Below are positions 1 to 9,805 of a stretch of 19,149 nt of DNA, piece by piece. The notes below the pieces were generated by a model that ran no database searches, was not told where the DNA came from, and saw only the letters and a program-made list of their open reading frames with translations. Position 1 is the first letter of the stretch, and every line of letters begins with the position of its first letter. This DNA is from a virus (lineage: Duplodnaviria; Heunggongvirae; Uroviricota; Caudoviricetes), in IMG/VR virus record IMGVR_UViG_2681813236_000002; one strand, written 5' to 3'. The translations under genes and the position numbers were made by a program.

Positions 1-95
1 ATCAGGGCGAGATGCTCAATACGCTGCAGGGCTGACAGTTCAGAAAGCGTGACGGTCACGCCGTTATGTTCAAATGATTCGGTTTTCAGGAACAT
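1..95 (-). CDS. G: Tail assembly chaperone G, N-terminal 31 codons only (3' end lies beyond the window start)
   Basis: Minus-strand ATG at 95..93 preceded by GGAGAG; hand translation gives MFLKTESFEHNGVTVTLSELSALQRIEHLAL, matching the lambda G N-terminus as I recall it; lies immediately downstream of V as in lambda. Not in the ORF track because it is under 60 aa in the window. Confidence 0.7.
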   Translation of the reverse strand, partial: MFLKTESFEHNGVTVTLSELSALQRIEHLAL

Positions 96-110
96 CGCTG
101 ACTCTCCGGA

Positions 111-851
111 TTAACTGTCGGTGACAGTGATTTCTGCAACCGCAGCAAGTTCACCATTACCGGATACAACCGGAATGTTGACCTTACCTGCAGCAACGCC
201 TTTCACGGTGATGGTCATACCACTGACCGACACGGTGGCTTTTGTTTTATCCGCTGACACCGCACGGAAGCTCTTGTCAGTTGCGCCCTCCGGCTGGAAT
301 GCCACGGTCAGCGTGGTGCTCTGCCCTTTCACCACCGAGGAGCTGGCAGGCGTCACAGTCATACCGGTTGCCGCCGTCACCGTACTGCGATCTTCTGCCA
401 TTGACGGACGGCCCACATTGGTGACCTTCACCGTACGGGTGATCACTTCCTTCGCCGTCACCGCCTTACCGATACTGCTGACCCAGCCACGGAACACATC
501 GACCGTGCCGTTCGGGAAGCGGATTTTATAGGCACGGGTATCACCTTCATTAAACCACGCCAGCAGCGCCTGCTGCCCCTGCTCTCCGGGCATCCACGCC
601 AGCGTGAAGCTGGTATCTCCGGCGGATTTCTGCCCCTGCCCGGTCGCGGTCCAGTCCGCATCTTCATCATCGAGATAACTGTCGTCATAGGACTCAGCGG
701 TCAGTTCGCCGGGCGTCAGGTCTTTAACTTTAGCCAGACGCGACCAGTCAACGTCTGAAAGCGGGTTCGCATAAGGGTCGCCGCTCCCGTTATAAACCCA
801 CAGGGTGGTCCCGGCACCTTTCACCGGTATTGCTGGATTTGGTACAGGCAT
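111..851 (-). CDS. V: Major tail tube protein V (246 aa) with C-terminal Ig-like domain
   Basis: ORF 111..881; product from the internal Met ([20 protein letters not shown]...) is near-identical to lambda gpV as recalled; ATG at 851 preceded by GAGGA; length equals lambda V. Confidence 0.95.
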   Translation of the reverse strand: MPVPNPAIPVKGAGTTLWVYNGSGDPYANPLSDVDWSRLAKVKDLTPGELTAESYDDSYLDDEDADWTATGQGQKSAGDTSFTLAWMPGEQGQQALLAWFNEGDTRAYKIRFPNGTVDVFRGWVSSIGKAVTAKEVITRTVKVTNVGRPSMAEDRSTVTAATGMTVTPASSSVVKGQSTTLTVAFQPEGATDKSFRAVSADKTKATVSVSGMTITVKGVAAGKVNIPVVSGNGELAAVAEITVTDS

Positions 852-858
852 ATCGTCC

Positions 859-1254
859 TCACATTTCATAGGTAATGACATAAGTCAGATCGGCAGAACT
901 CCACAGGCCCGCATCATCGTCGCGCCGGTAGTCATAGCCACTGGCCACCATACTGGTGAGCAAATCTGACAGTGCCGGGATATCGCTCATCACCGGATAA
1001 ATCCGGGACTCCATCCACGAATCCAGCTCTGAATCCGGTACCTGAGCAGGCAGGAAAACTTCGATATGCAGCTCCGCCTGCCAGGTATCGCTGTCCAGCT
1101 CTTCGCCCGTGTATTCAGCGCCGGTGAGATAAACGGCAACTGCCGGAAAATCCGCCTCATCAAAAACAGCGGGGCGACCATCAAAAAACGTCGCCCCGGT
1201 GTCATGCTTCTCCAGTGCATCCAGTACGGCTGCACGGAGTTCAGTATGTTTCAT
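859..1254 (-). CDS. U: Tail terminator protein U (131 aa)
   Basis: Product [39 protein letters not shown]... matches lambda gpU almost residue for residue; ATGA start/stop overlap with Z. Confidence 0.95.
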   Translation of the reverse strand: MKHTELRAAVLDALEKHDTGATFFDGRPAVFDEADFPAVAVYLTGAEYTGEELDSDTWQAELHIEVFLPAQVPDSELDSWMESRIYPVMSDIPALSDLLTSMVASGYDYRRDDDAGLWSSADLTYVITYEM

Positions 1255-1829
1255 CGCTTTATTACCATCCTCAGTTGATGCTGCAGCGCATAGCCCAGCT
1301 CTTTCGGAAGACGTTCACGCCGTATCCGCTCAATATTTTGTTTAAACGCCGTGGTCAGCGGCACCGCCATCGGGATTTTCACCACATCAATGGGGTAACG
1401 GTTTTTCCCGGCCACACGCTGCATGACATGCCACCGGCCATTTTTCAGTTGCTGAATAAACGCGCCGGGAATACGACGGTTTCCCACCACAAGCACGCTG
1501 CCGCCACCTTTCAGGGCTGAACGCTGCCCCTTTTTACAACGCCTGCGTCGGGACAGGACAATCCGCGCGTTACCCAGCTTGATTACGGGCAAATCCCCCC
1601 GGTTAACCTTGATTCTGGCCTGCGGATTTTTGACCGTGGCCCTTTTCAGCCTGGCCCTTTCCTTTACCAGTTTCCGGCGCACCTTTGTCTCACGGGCAAC
1701 CTGTGACGCCGACTGCGATATCGCGGATGAAGCAACGCGGTTAATGGCCATTGCGGCGGCACCGGGCACCGCCGTTCTGCTGATACGGCTGAGGTTTTCA
1801 ACGGCCTGCTCAAGACCCTGTATGGCCAT
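1251..1829 (-). CDS. Z: Tail completion protein Z (192 aa)
   Basis: ORF 1251..1895; lambda-like N-terminus MAIQGLEQAVENL begins at the internal ATG at 1829; length equals lambda Z; synteny FII-Z-U. Confidence 0.9.
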   Translation of the reverse strand: MAIQGLEQAVENLSRISRTAVPGAAAMAINRVASSAISQSASQVARETKVRRKLVKERARLKRATVKNPQARIKVNRGDLPVIKLGNARIVLSRRRRCKKGQRSALKGGGSVLVVGNRRIPGAFIQQLKNGRWHVMQRVAGKNRYPIDVVKIPMAVPLTTAFKQNIERIRRERLPKELGYALQHQLRMVIKR

Positions 1830-1840
1830 ACATCCCCCTT

Positions 1841-2194
1841 TCAGCGACGACGGCTGGCGGCAGGTGGTTGCCCCCGGTTGAGCCAGAGATAACAACTCCC
1901 TCCGTCATCCGGAGAAACACGGTCCACCCAGAACATCTCGCCGTTAATGGTCAGCGTGTCACCACGCCGTACAGCACAAACCGTATCCGTAAGCACAAAT
2001 AATGACGGGTTACTTCCTTCAATACGGATCCCACTACTGGCAAAACCCAGCGACTCCGGATCGTCAAAAACGCCATGAACCTCGCCGCCACGCTGTGCAC
2101 CGGAGGTGAACTGCGCACTGATGCCCATCACTTCAACAATCGTACTGTCCACCCCGGCAAGGGCGGCATCAAAGGCATTCTGAAAATCACGCAT
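1841..2194 (-). CDS. FII: Head-tail joining protein FII (117 aa)
   Basis: ORF 1841..2230; start chosen at Met 13 (MRDFQNAFDAALAGVD...) by alignment to the lambda FII N-terminus; conserved C-terminal block FWVDRVSPDDGGSCYLWLNRGQPPAASRRR; starts 4 nt after the FI stop. Confidence 0.88.
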   Translation of the reverse strand: MRDFQNAFDAALAGVDSTIVEVMGISAQFTSGAQRGGEVHGVFDDPESLGFASSGIRIEGSNPSLFVLTDTVCAVRRGDTLTINGEMFWVDRVSPDDGGSCYLWLNRGQPPAASRRR

Positions 2195-2561
2195 AAACAG
2201 CCATTCCACCATCAACGTGTGTTTTTGCATCTGAGGACATAATCAGAATCACCCGACCAACATCCGCAAGCTCAACGGATTCCCCCGTTTCACCATCAAC
2301 GCCACAGAGATGGAGGCAGGTCAGAACTCTGATGCGCGTTAACGCGCCGGATGTTTCCTCACGAACATCATGAGCCGCGGTTTCCCGCTCCCGGATATCC
2401 ATATTCATAACCTGTACATCATCGCCGGATGACTGCATTTCCTCTTCCCATTCTGCCACCCGCTGCGCTATCTCTGCGGCACTCCCGGATATATCCGGCT
2501 CACGCCCCAGAATCAGGGCCAGTTCATCAAGCCGTTTCAGATTTTGCTCTTTCGTTGCCAT
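2187..2561 (-). CDS. FI: FI-like DNA packaging / head assembly protein (sequence divergent from lambda FI)
   Basis: ORF 2187..2609 between E and FII; acidic protein of lambda-FI-like size; start chosen at the ATG at 2561 (MATKEQNLKRLDEL...) preceded by a GGGGG purine run. Assignment is mainly by synteny. Confidence 0.7.
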   Translation of the reverse strand: MATKEQNLKRLDELALILGREPDISGSAAEIAQRVAEWEEEMQSSGDDVQVMNMDIRERETAAHDVREETSGALTRIRVLTCLHLCGVDGETGESVELADVGRVILIMSSDAKTHVDGGMAVYA

Positions 2562-2612
2562 ATCAGCCCCCTGTGAAAAAAGACACGGGGGCATTTCGCC
2601 CCCGCTCACGGA

Positions 2613-3641
2613 TTATTTCACCTGTACCACCACAAACTCATCCGGGTCCGGCAACACCATCAGCGGCGCGGACTGCGTCATGGTAAATTCACGGGCGGGA
2701 TCCCCTACCGTCAGCCAGTGTTTCGGATAACGGGAAGAGGCCACCACACCTTCGGACAACGCCTGAGCATCCTGAATGGCACCGTAACAACGGATCCCAT
2801 CTGCAGCAGTATTCCCCAGAACCAGCATGCCATCTGGAAGATAACGTTTTTCGATACCGTCTTCTGCTATATAAGACGTTTTCGCCACCACAATGGCCAG
2901 ATCGCCGTAATACCCCTTGAAGGACACCACTGCGCCCAGATCTTTCACTGCCGTTTCGAGTTGAGAATTTGAACCGCGACGGGTATCCAGTTTTTCGCGG
3001 AACAGCTTAAAACCATTCAGAAGACGCCAGACGGTACCGTCCATAATGGCAATATTCACAAGACCGCTGGCCTGGTCGCAGTAGAGGTCAATATCATGTG
3101 TAGGATCGAACGTGTCACGATCCTGTTTTGACCACTCCTTACCACTACCCTGAGTGATGTTATTCTTCGTCGACCTGCCAAAATCGACCTCAATTTTCTC
3201 GAACTGGTCTCCTTCCATGGTGTATTTGCCATACAACACAGCATTTACCGCCTGCATTTCTTCCACCTGGACAATCGCGTGCTCTTCCTGTTTGAGGTTA
3301 TCGGTAATGATACGCAGACGGCGGTAAGCCGGATCATTCAGTTGAGATGGATCTTCACCAGGAAGGCGCTCAACCGCCTGCTGGTAATTAAATTCGTGTT
3401 TCGGCTTGACGTAGCCCGGACGCAACACGCGGGTTTCACCACCACGATGACGCAGCACTTTTCCTTCAACAACCGGGGAGACATAGGCCGCCACCGGCGT
3501 TTTTCCGGTAATTTTGTCCAGCATCACCTCTTCGGTATGGAAATTCACCGTACGGCGGAAAAACAGCTCCAGAAACAGCGCACGAAATTTAACTTTTTGT
3601 TCGGTATAACCGAGTAACTGGCGGGTCGTAAACAATCCCAT
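2613..3641 (-). CDS. E: Major capsid protein E (342 aa)
   Basis: Product aligns along its length with lambda gpE as recalled (TTRQLLGYTEQKVKF..., PGYVKPKHE, DTRRGSNS-LETAVKDLG, GDPAREFTM-QSAPLM); ATG at 3641. Confidence 0.95.
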   Translation of the reverse strand: MGLFTTRQLLGYTEQKVKFRALFLELFFRRTVNFHTEEVMLDKITGKTPVAAYVSPVVEGKVLRHRGGETRVLRPGYVKPKHEFNYQQAVERLPGEDPSQLNDPAYRRLRIITDNLKQEEHAIVQVEEMQAVNAVLYGKYTMEGDQFEKIEVDFGRSTKNNITQGSGKEWSKQDRDTFDPTHDIDLYCDQASGLVNIAIMDGTVWRLLNGFKLFREKLDTRRGSNSQLETAVKDLGAVVSFKGYYGDLAIVVAKTSYIAEDGIEKRYLPDGMLVLGNTAADGIRCYGAIQDAQALSEGVVASSRYPKHWLTVGDPAREFTMTQSAPLMVLPDPDEFVVVQVK

Positions 3642-3698
3642 AAATCAGTTCCTTTCATTCAGAAATCAGTCAGGCCACCGCGGTGGCCTGATAACGTG

Positions 3699-4046
3699 TT
3701 ACGGCAGCGCCGCGTGACTCAGGGCACTGCCAGCAAAGGCGTTGGCCTTTTTGTGTTCATCCACACTTTCAGGCCAGTGGATTGCCTCCGTCGCAAAGGT
3801 TCCCGACTTGTAATACGTCAGCGCCGTCTCTGTGCCGTCAAGCGGCAGTACCAGTATGCCAACCGCACTACCGGCTTTCTGTCCGTCCCAGACCACCAGT
3901 TTCCCGGTGGCTTCATCCAGCATCAGGGGCGTCAGTGCCGGTGTTGGCGAGGAAATCCCGCTGCTGCCTGTGGCGGTATGAGCCGGATCATTACCGGCAA
4001 AAATACGTACTTCCGCACGCTGTTCAGTGATGGTTTTCGTCACCAT
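3699..4046 (-). CDS. D: Head decoration protein D (115 aa)
   Basis: Product contains the lambda gpD blocks NDPAHTAT, TPLMLD, KLV-WDG, GILV, YKSGTF; ATG at 4046 with AGGAGG upstream; synteny between C and E. Confidence 0.9.
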   Translation of the reverse strand: MVTKTITEQRAEVRIFAGNDPAHTATGSSGISSPTPALTPLMLDEATGKLVVWDGQKAGSAVGILVLPLDGTETALTYYKSGTFATEAIHWPESVDEHKKANAFAGSALSHAALP

Positions 4047-4082
4047 ATTGTAAAAACCTCCTATTGATGGTCAGCACTGGCT

Positions 4083-4685
4083 TCATGGCATGGCCATGAG
4101 CATTTTCACGTCCGCATCACCATCTGCTGACGTCTGTGGCACGCCACCCTGTACCGCTGCCGGTGAATGGTTCGCCATGAAATGTTCAAACATGGCGGTT
4201 GTGGATGCAGAGACCGGTTCTGCCTTACCTGATCCCGCAGCCAGCACAGCCCGGGCGCTCTCCACAGTCATTCCCGGGCAGGCAGCCAGCTGTTCAGCCT
4301 GCACCTCAGCCCCTTTTGCCTCATCCAGTGCCATGATCTGATCACGGAGTGATGGTCCGGCATCCGCCTGCGGTGAAGCAGCCAGGATCTGGCGGGCTTT
4401 TTCCACCGTCATCTCCGGCATCGCCGCCAGTGTTGCCGCCAGTTGTTCACGACCGTTCGCTTCTTCACACGCCATAATGCGATCGGCTTCACTCTGCGTG
4501 GATGCCACCGGCTGCTGCGGTGCCGCCGCGGCCAGAATCGCCCGGGCCTGTTCAACGCTCATGCCCTGTTGTCCTGCCAGCATCGTGGCAAGCTGTTCAC
4601 GTCCTTTCGCTTCCTGGCATGTCAGGATCCCCATCACTCGCTGGTTCTCCTGCGCGGCGGCTTCCGTTGCAGTTAATTGCGGCAT
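4083..4685 (-). CDS. Nu3: Nested in-frame scaffolding protein (Nu3-like), C-terminal 200 aa of C
   Basis: Internal in-frame ATG at 4685..4683 (MPQLTATEAA...) preceded 4 nt upstream by a perfect GAGGAGG; lambda encodes Nu3 from an internal in-frame start within C. Confidence 0.6.
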   Translation of the reverse strand: MPQLTATEAAAQENQRVMGILTCQEAKGREQLATMLAGQQGMSVEQARAILAAAAPQQPVASTQSEADRIMACEEANGREQLAATLAAMPEMTVEKARQILAASPQADAGPSLRDQIMALDEAKGAEVQAEQLAACPGMTVESARAVLAAGSGKAEPVSASTTAMFEHFMANHSPAAVQGGVPQTSADGDADVKMLMAMP

Positions 4686-5588
4686 AGTGCCTCCTCTGAC
4701 ATTACTGTTCAGCGCCGTGGCCATCACACTGATGGCATCCGACGCATTGATTAATTCATCCGCCAGCCCGGCCTCAATGCCGGACTGACCTTCAAAAACG
4801 GCGGCCTCTGTTCCCGTGACTGCATCAACAGACAGACCGGTAAACATCGCCACTTTTTCGGCAAACATCCGGCGCGCCGCATCAATCCGCTGCTGCATGT
4901 CCTGGCGAACCTCTGCCGGCAACGCTTCAAACTGATTGCCATCCACCTTGTGCGCCCCTGAGTAAATCAGCGTGATATCCACACCGGCCTGCGCCAGATG
5001 ACCGGCATAGCTGACATGGCTCATCATCACGCCAATGGAACCGATACGGGATGTCTGGGTAACCAGCCGTCGGGAGCAGGCCGACGCCAGCAGCATGGCT
5101 GCAGAACAGGCCGTGTCATTGCACAGTGCCCAGACCGGCTTCTGCTGACGGAGGCGGTAAATCATGTCAGCGCAGTCAAACGCGCCGGCGGCCTGCCCGC
5201 CCGGACTGTCAATGTCCAGCAGTACGCCCCGCACCTGGCTATCCGCCATTGCCTGCTGAAGACAGGCGACAATACCGTCATAGCCTGTCATTCCGGAAAA
5301 TGGCCGCATACCACCCAGCCGGTGCACCAGCGTGCCGGTCACCGGTAGTACAGCAATACCGTTCACCACCCTGTAAACACGGGCAGGTCGTTTACCTCCG
5401 GCCATGTACTCGTCCGTTTCAGCCAGCATTCCGGGAGCATCAAACTGTACCTGCTGTTGTGGTACCGAAAGACTTGCTGCCCCCATCTCGCGCCCGAGCG
5501 CGCAAAAGAAAACCCGCGCATAGGCGGGCTCCAGAAGCAGCGGTTCATTGAATGCTGCGGCAATAATGTGTGAAAGATTACGTCTCAC
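4083..5588 (-). CDS. C: Head maturation protease / minor capsid protein C (S49/ClpP-like serine protease), 501 aa
   Basis: Product aligns with lambda gpC at the N-terminus (AAFNEPLLLEPAYARVFFCAL) and protease core (GMTGYDGIVACLQQA, SIGVMM, TLIYSGAHKVDGN); GTG start at 5588 with GAGGAGA upstream; overlaps the end of B as in lambda. It is longer than lambda C (439 aa) because of a triplicated C-terminal module. Confidence 0.9.
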   Translation of the reverse strand: MRRNLSHIIAAAFNEPLLLEPAYARVFFCALGREMGAASLSVPQQQVQFDAPGMLAETDEYMAGGKRPARVYRVVNGIAVLPVTGTLVHRLGGMRPFSGMTGYDGIVACLQQAMADSQVRGVLLDIDSPGGQAAGAFDCADMIYRLRQQKPVWALCNDTACSAAMLLASACSRRLVTQTSRIGSIGVMMSHVSYAGHLAQAGVDITLIYSGAHKVDGNQFEALPAEVRQDMQQRIDAARRMFAEKVAMFTGLSVDAVTGTEAAVFEGQSGIEAGLADELINASDAISVMATALNSNVRGGTMPQLTATEAAAQENQRVMGILTCQEAKGREQLATMLAGQQGMSVEQARAILAAAAPQQPVASTQSEADRIMACEEANGREQLAATLAAMPEMTVEKARQILAASPQADAGPSLRDQIMALDEAKGAEVQAEQLAACPGMTVESARAVLAAGSGKAEPVSASTTAMFEHFMANHSPAAVQGGVPQTSADGDADVKMLMAMP

Positions 5589-7170
5589 GTGGTGTTGTCT
5601 CCTCTTCCGGCCTGCGACTCTCCGCTATCTGCTGCTGATACGCCTGCGCTATCCACACCGGACGTGAGAGTCCGGCTTTTTGCCGCTCAGCAGATTCCCT
5701 GACCTGCTGGCGGAAAATGTCCTGATAATCCTCGCCCATCAGCGCCAGCTCTTTCTCATACGTGCTCAGTCCGGCCTCAATGCGCATCACTGATTCCTGG
5801 ACTTCCTTGAGCCCGTCAATGGCCATTCTTCCGGCACCAATCCACTCTGCCCGTGACCAGGCTGATCGCGCCTGATAAAAATCAAAACGTGCCCGTGGCG
5901 GACGAATAATCCCCCGAAGAAGTGCCTCTTCCAGCCAGCAGGAAAACATCTGCGTGGCCAGCCGGGCCGCAATAAATTTTCGCCGCCCCATAAAATAGCG
6001 CCACGACTCATTGGCGGAGGCGCGGGCACTTGAGTAACTGACCTTCGAGTAATCACGGGACAACTGTTCGTAGGAAACGCCAAGACCGGCGGCGATATAC
6101 CGCAGCAGCGCCTGTTCAAGCGCAGAAAATCCATTGTCTGAATCCTGCGCAGTCTGTAGTTTCAGATCATCACCAGGGAAAAGGTGCGGAATTTTGACAC
6201 CGCCCAGTGTCACGTTATTCGTGTCATACCAGCTGGAGAACTTCTCCAGAATATTAATAAGCGGATTATCCTTCTGCTCCTGTGGCGCGCCGGCGATATA
6301 TTCAAAGGCCTTTTCGGTATCAAGTTCACTTTCAATCGTCGCTGCATACATCGCCTTCACTATGGCCGACTGAAGCTGTGTTGCCTGCAGGGAATCGAGC
6401 ATCTTCAGCCGTTCCATGACGCTGTAAAACTGATTAGCCCCACGGGTCTGCCCGTCCTCCACCGGCTCGAAAATATGCAGCATGGCCGGACGCCCGGTGG
6501 GAAGTTCACGCGGGATCCGTTCCCATCGTCCACTACCAGAGAACGGAAAATCATCCTCACAGATATGGTACGCGACGGCACGGCCATATCGATCGACCTC
6601 CACACCGGCCCGCAGAAAACGGTTCCCCATACCGTGTCCAGGCGTGTCCACCCGTTTCGGACTCACGGCTTTAAAACGCGTACGGAATAACTGCGTGGTT
6701 TCCGTATCCCAGACCGGCTGCACAAAGATTTCGCCGTTAAACGCATGAACGCCCACACCTTCACGGATAAATTCCGTGAACGTGCGTTTTCCTTCCACGT
6801 CGATCTCGCCAAACATCCCTTCGGCGTATTCCGACCAGGCCGCCTCCACCTCATCGACAAAGCTTTTTGCTGCGGTCTCCCGCATCCCCAGCCAGCGCCA
6901 GTTCGGACGGTAGCTGATCAGAAACATATGCCCGACAATGTGATCCTTATGCAGAGCCACCGCATTAGCCACTATTCCGTTATTGCGCACCAGATCATCT
7001 GCCCGGGCATTCCCCAGACGCAACGCGGGCAGCAGGGCCGCATCGGCACTCTGCGCCGGTGGCAACCACTCAGCCATTTGCCCGCCAAATCCTGCACCGC
7101 CCCCGTTGTAGCTGAGACTCTCACGAAGCGGAACGCCGTTCACATCAATCAGGACAGGCGTTCGTTTCAT
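5578..7170 (-). CDS. B: Portal protein B (530 aa)
   Basis: Extensive similarity to lambda gpB as recalled (ADDLVRNNG, FEPVEDGQTRGANQFYSVME, QSAIVKAMYAATIESELDT, LLRYIAAGLGVSYEQLSR, GRMAIDGLKEVQE); ATGA overlap with W. Confidence 0.95.
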   Translation of the reverse strand: MKRTPVLIDVNGVPLRESLSYNGGGAGFGGQMAEWLPPAQSADAALLPALRLGNARADDLVRNNGIVANAVALHKDHIVGHMFLISYRPNWRWLGMRETAAKSFVDEVEAAWSEYAEGMFGEIDVEGKRTFTEFIREGVGVHAFNGEIFVQPVWDTETTQLFRTRFKAVSPKRVDTPGHGMGNRFLRAGVEVDRYGRAVAYHICEDDFPFSGSGRWERIPRELPTGRPAMLHIFEPVEDGQTRGANQFYSVMERLKMLDSLQATQLQSAIVKAMYAATIESELDTEKAFEYIAGAPQEQKDNPLINILEKFSSWYDTNNVTLGGVKIPHLFPGDDLKLQTAQDSDNGFSALEQALLRYIAAGLGVSYEQLSRDYSKVSYSSARASANESWRYFMGRRKFIAARLATQMFSCWLEEALLRGIIRPPRARFDFYQARSAWSRAEWIGAGRMAIDGLKEVQESVMRIEAGLSTYEKELALMGEDYQDIFRQQVRESAERQKAGLSRPVWIAQAYQQQIAESRRPEEETTPRET

Positions 7171-7373
7171 AACCTCACTCCCAGCGGACGACGGCGACGC
7201 CGGGTTGTCCCCAGTACCGACTCCGCATCATTGATCGCCCGGTTAAGCTCATCCAGAGAAGCCGCCGTATATTCAATTCTGCGACCATCTTTCTGGACAG
7301 ACACCACCCGTTTACCGGTTAATAAATCAAGGCGCGCCTGACGCAGCGCCTGCAGTTCAGCGACTGTAACCAT
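7167..7373 (-). CDS. W: Head-tail joining protein W (68 aa)
   Basis: Product matches lambda gpW in length and in the central LTGKRVVSVQKDGRRIEYTA block; ATG at 7373 preceded by GGAGGAG. Confidence 0.9.
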   Translation of the reverse strand: MVTVAELQALRQARLDLLTGKRVVSVQKDGRRIEYTAASLDELNRAINDAESVLGTTRRRRRPLGVRL

Positions 7374-9285
7374 TCACTCCTCCGGACAGCTTCGCTGCCA
7401 GTTCTTTAAGGGTTGGCCGGGTCGTCTCTTCTTCCCGGGATTTTGCCAGTACAGCCAGATCAAGCTGCCAGCGTTGCACGGACACACGTAATGCCGCGTA
7501 GGCATACACCAGGCAGTCCAGCGCTTCGTTACGCCGCTTTTTGTTATCCCACAGCAGACGCATCTTTCCTTTTTCCCACTTCTCCACAAGCTCTTCCGCG
7601 ACCAGTTGCTGCGCCTCTGTCTGCGAAAAAATCTCCGGATCATCAGGAAAACGGATGGCATACGACGTGGCTTCATCCACAGGCGTGGGATCGGCTTTCA
7701 TACGGGCATAGAGAATTTCTTTTGCGGTGTCCGTCCCCACTTCACACAGATACACGCCCCGCTGATTGCGGGTTTTTGGCATGGTGATCACCGGCTTGCC
7801 ATAGACAGATGCGCCTTTTATCGGCAGCACCCGGAAAACACCGTGTTTTTTTGACCTCTGATAAACGATTTCGCCATCGATCCCCCCGATGTCCCAGCAG
7901 ACACGAGAAATAGTCATTTCGGTTCCGTCTGCATGGCGGTATTTTTTGTTGATCGCCGCATCCACACGTAACAGCGTCTCTTCCTCATCGGGACGCCCCA
8001 TAATGATGATTTTATCCACCAGAAAGGCTTCCTCTCCCGGAGCCCATCCCCAGACATACATCTCAAAACGGTTTCGCTGCGAGTCAATGCCCGCCGTCAG
8101 ATAAACCACCCGGGCAGGCACCGCCGCCGTGTAACGCACAACCTTATCCATCAGTACCTGGTGATCGAGTTTTTCGCCCACGGCCTCTTCCCAGGTCTCG
8201 CCCAGCGTGGTGTTCACAAAGGTTTTCAGGCCGTTGGGATCTTTCAGTGCATCCAGCCAGTCATAGACAATCTGTACCCATGTGGTGAACGGACTGTACG
8301 CCGTCCAGATATGGAAAGTGATGGAGCGCGGCGGCGGAATTTCATCACCCCGGGCGCTGAAAAACATCAGGCCGTCACGGGTCCACATGTCCGTGTTTTC
8401 ACAGATCCACCGCCCGTTACTCTGGTCAAGCTCAGACTGATGGATCACACAGCCATGATGCTCACAAAGGTAGAAAACACTTTCTGGCTTATTCTTCTCC
8501 CACTTAAGACCGAAAGGCGAGGCATCATCGCCAAATTTCAGATACTGCTCCTCCCCACAGTGCGGACAGGGCACATAAAAACGCATGAAGTGTGCCGACT
8601 CGTTAGCGGCTTTTTCGATCTGGCAGGAGCCTTTGATTTTAGGCGTCGAGCCGCGAATGGATTTTGGCCATACAGAGCCCTCAATACGTTTATCCCCCAG
8701 CAGGGTTGGCGAACCCTCTTTTTCAACATCCGGTTCGAACGAGGAAAGCTCGTCATAACAGACCACATCCACGGATTTTTCACGGTAGTTTTTTGCTGCC
8801 GCACCACCCAGACACCAGAACCCCACACCGGAGGAAAAACGCTTCAGGGTGAGCGTATTATCGCGGTGTTTTCTTCCGAACCATGGAGCCAGCTCCAGCA
8901 ATGCAGGAACATCCCTTATCGTTGGCTCAACATGAGATTTCATAAAATCTTCAGCAGCTGAGTCCGTGGGCTGAAAAAGAAGGCTGTTGCGTGATTTATG
9001 CTCAATAAAATAAGCCTCCACTCCCAGCAACATCTTTGTATAACCAACACGGGCAGATTTAATCAGGTTAACCGTGCGAATCAGATCGTTGCCCATACAG
9101 TTCATGATGCCAACCTGAAACGGCAGTGTTTCCCACCGCCCCGGGGTATAAGACGACTCTTTAGGAAGGTAATAATGTTTATTGGCCCACTGAACTGTCG
9201 TCAGTGGAACAGGAATAATGAGAGATAAAAGCCCTGTAGCTATCGCACCGGCTGCATTAGCTGCCTTCTGCGCGTCTGAAATCAT
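7357..9285 (-). CDS. A: Terminase large subunit A
   Basis: ORF 7357..9327; strong similarity to lambda gpA ([73 protein letters not shown]). Start set at ATG 9285 (MISDAQK...), which gives the same N-terminal spacing to the HYYLPKE block as in lambda and a lambda-like 29-nt overlap with Nu1. Confidence 0.9.
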
Positions 9286-9805
9286 CGATCCACCCGCCCA
9301 CGTTTTCACCGGCCTTAGCTGCAACATTGGAGGCTTTCGCGATTTCAGTTTTCACCACATCAAGGTGTGATGGTGAAATGTCCGGATATTTACGCTGTAA
9401 TGTCAACGGCACACGCACAAGTATCCCCGAAATCTCCTGTGCCACACGTTGCAGAATGAAGGTAAACAGTTCAGTTTCCAGCACTACTCCGTCTTCACGG
9501 GCATTTTTCAGTTCCTGCGCATCTGCCTGCGCTTTTGTGAGCCTGTAGCGTTCATAGTCAATGGTGCCGGGTTGTAAATCTGACTCCGCTGCCGCACGCA
9601 AATCGTCCAGTTCTTTGCGGAGCTTTTCGTTTTCGATATCAGTTTCCCTCTGCGCATACCACTGAATTGCCATGGCAGTATCAAATACAGATTCAATGCC
9701 CTTACTACCTTTGGAGGCGCAAGGGAGTCCCTGAGACTGCCAGCGTTCAATCGTCCGCGGGTCCACGTTGAAAATTTCGGCAAGCCTCTTTTTATTAACC
9801 TTCAT
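9257..9805 (-). CDS. Nu1: Terminase small subunit Nu1 (182 aa)
   Basis: Product matches lambda Nu1 as recalled ([44 protein letters not shown]); sits immediately downstream of cos. Confidence 0.9.

Noticed and set aside
111..881. N-terminal extension of V ([10 protein letters not shown]...) from the first Met of the ORF
   Set aside because: The lambda V N-terminus aligns to the internal ATG at 851, which has a GAGGA RBS and gives the lambda length; the extension reads through the RBS region.
3056..3244. 62-aa minus-strand ORF and other short internal ORFs (e.g. 7374..7676, 8538..8828, 13260..13448)
   Set aside because: Alternate frames nested inside E, A and Q respectively, with no start-site signals; treated as spurious.
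4236..4640. Possibility that the tandem repeats in C or the repeats at 18001..18150 are a CRISPR array or a mobile-element scar
   Set aside because: Both are in-frame, imperfect coding repeats without regular unique spacers and with no adjacent cas-like or transposase genes.
4090..5551. Several plus-strand and alternate-frame ORFs (61-141 aa) within 4090..5551
   Set aside because: All lie inside gene C; repetitive GC-rich sequence creates long open frames on the other strand.
6184..7341. Plus-strand ORFs of 168 aa (6184..6690) and 198 aa (6745..7341)
   Set aside because: Antisense to the portal gene B, which is well supported; no independent evidence for them.
8161..8961. 266-aa plus-strand ORF
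   Set aside because: Lies entirely antisense within the strongly supported terminase A gene; Arg/Pro/Gly-rich composition typical of an antisense frame of a GC-rich gene; no RBS context.
9286..9327. N-terminal extension of terminase A ([14 protein letters not shown]...)
   Set aside because: Start at the ATG at 9285 reproduces lambda A N-terminal spacing and the lambda-like Nu1/A overlap.
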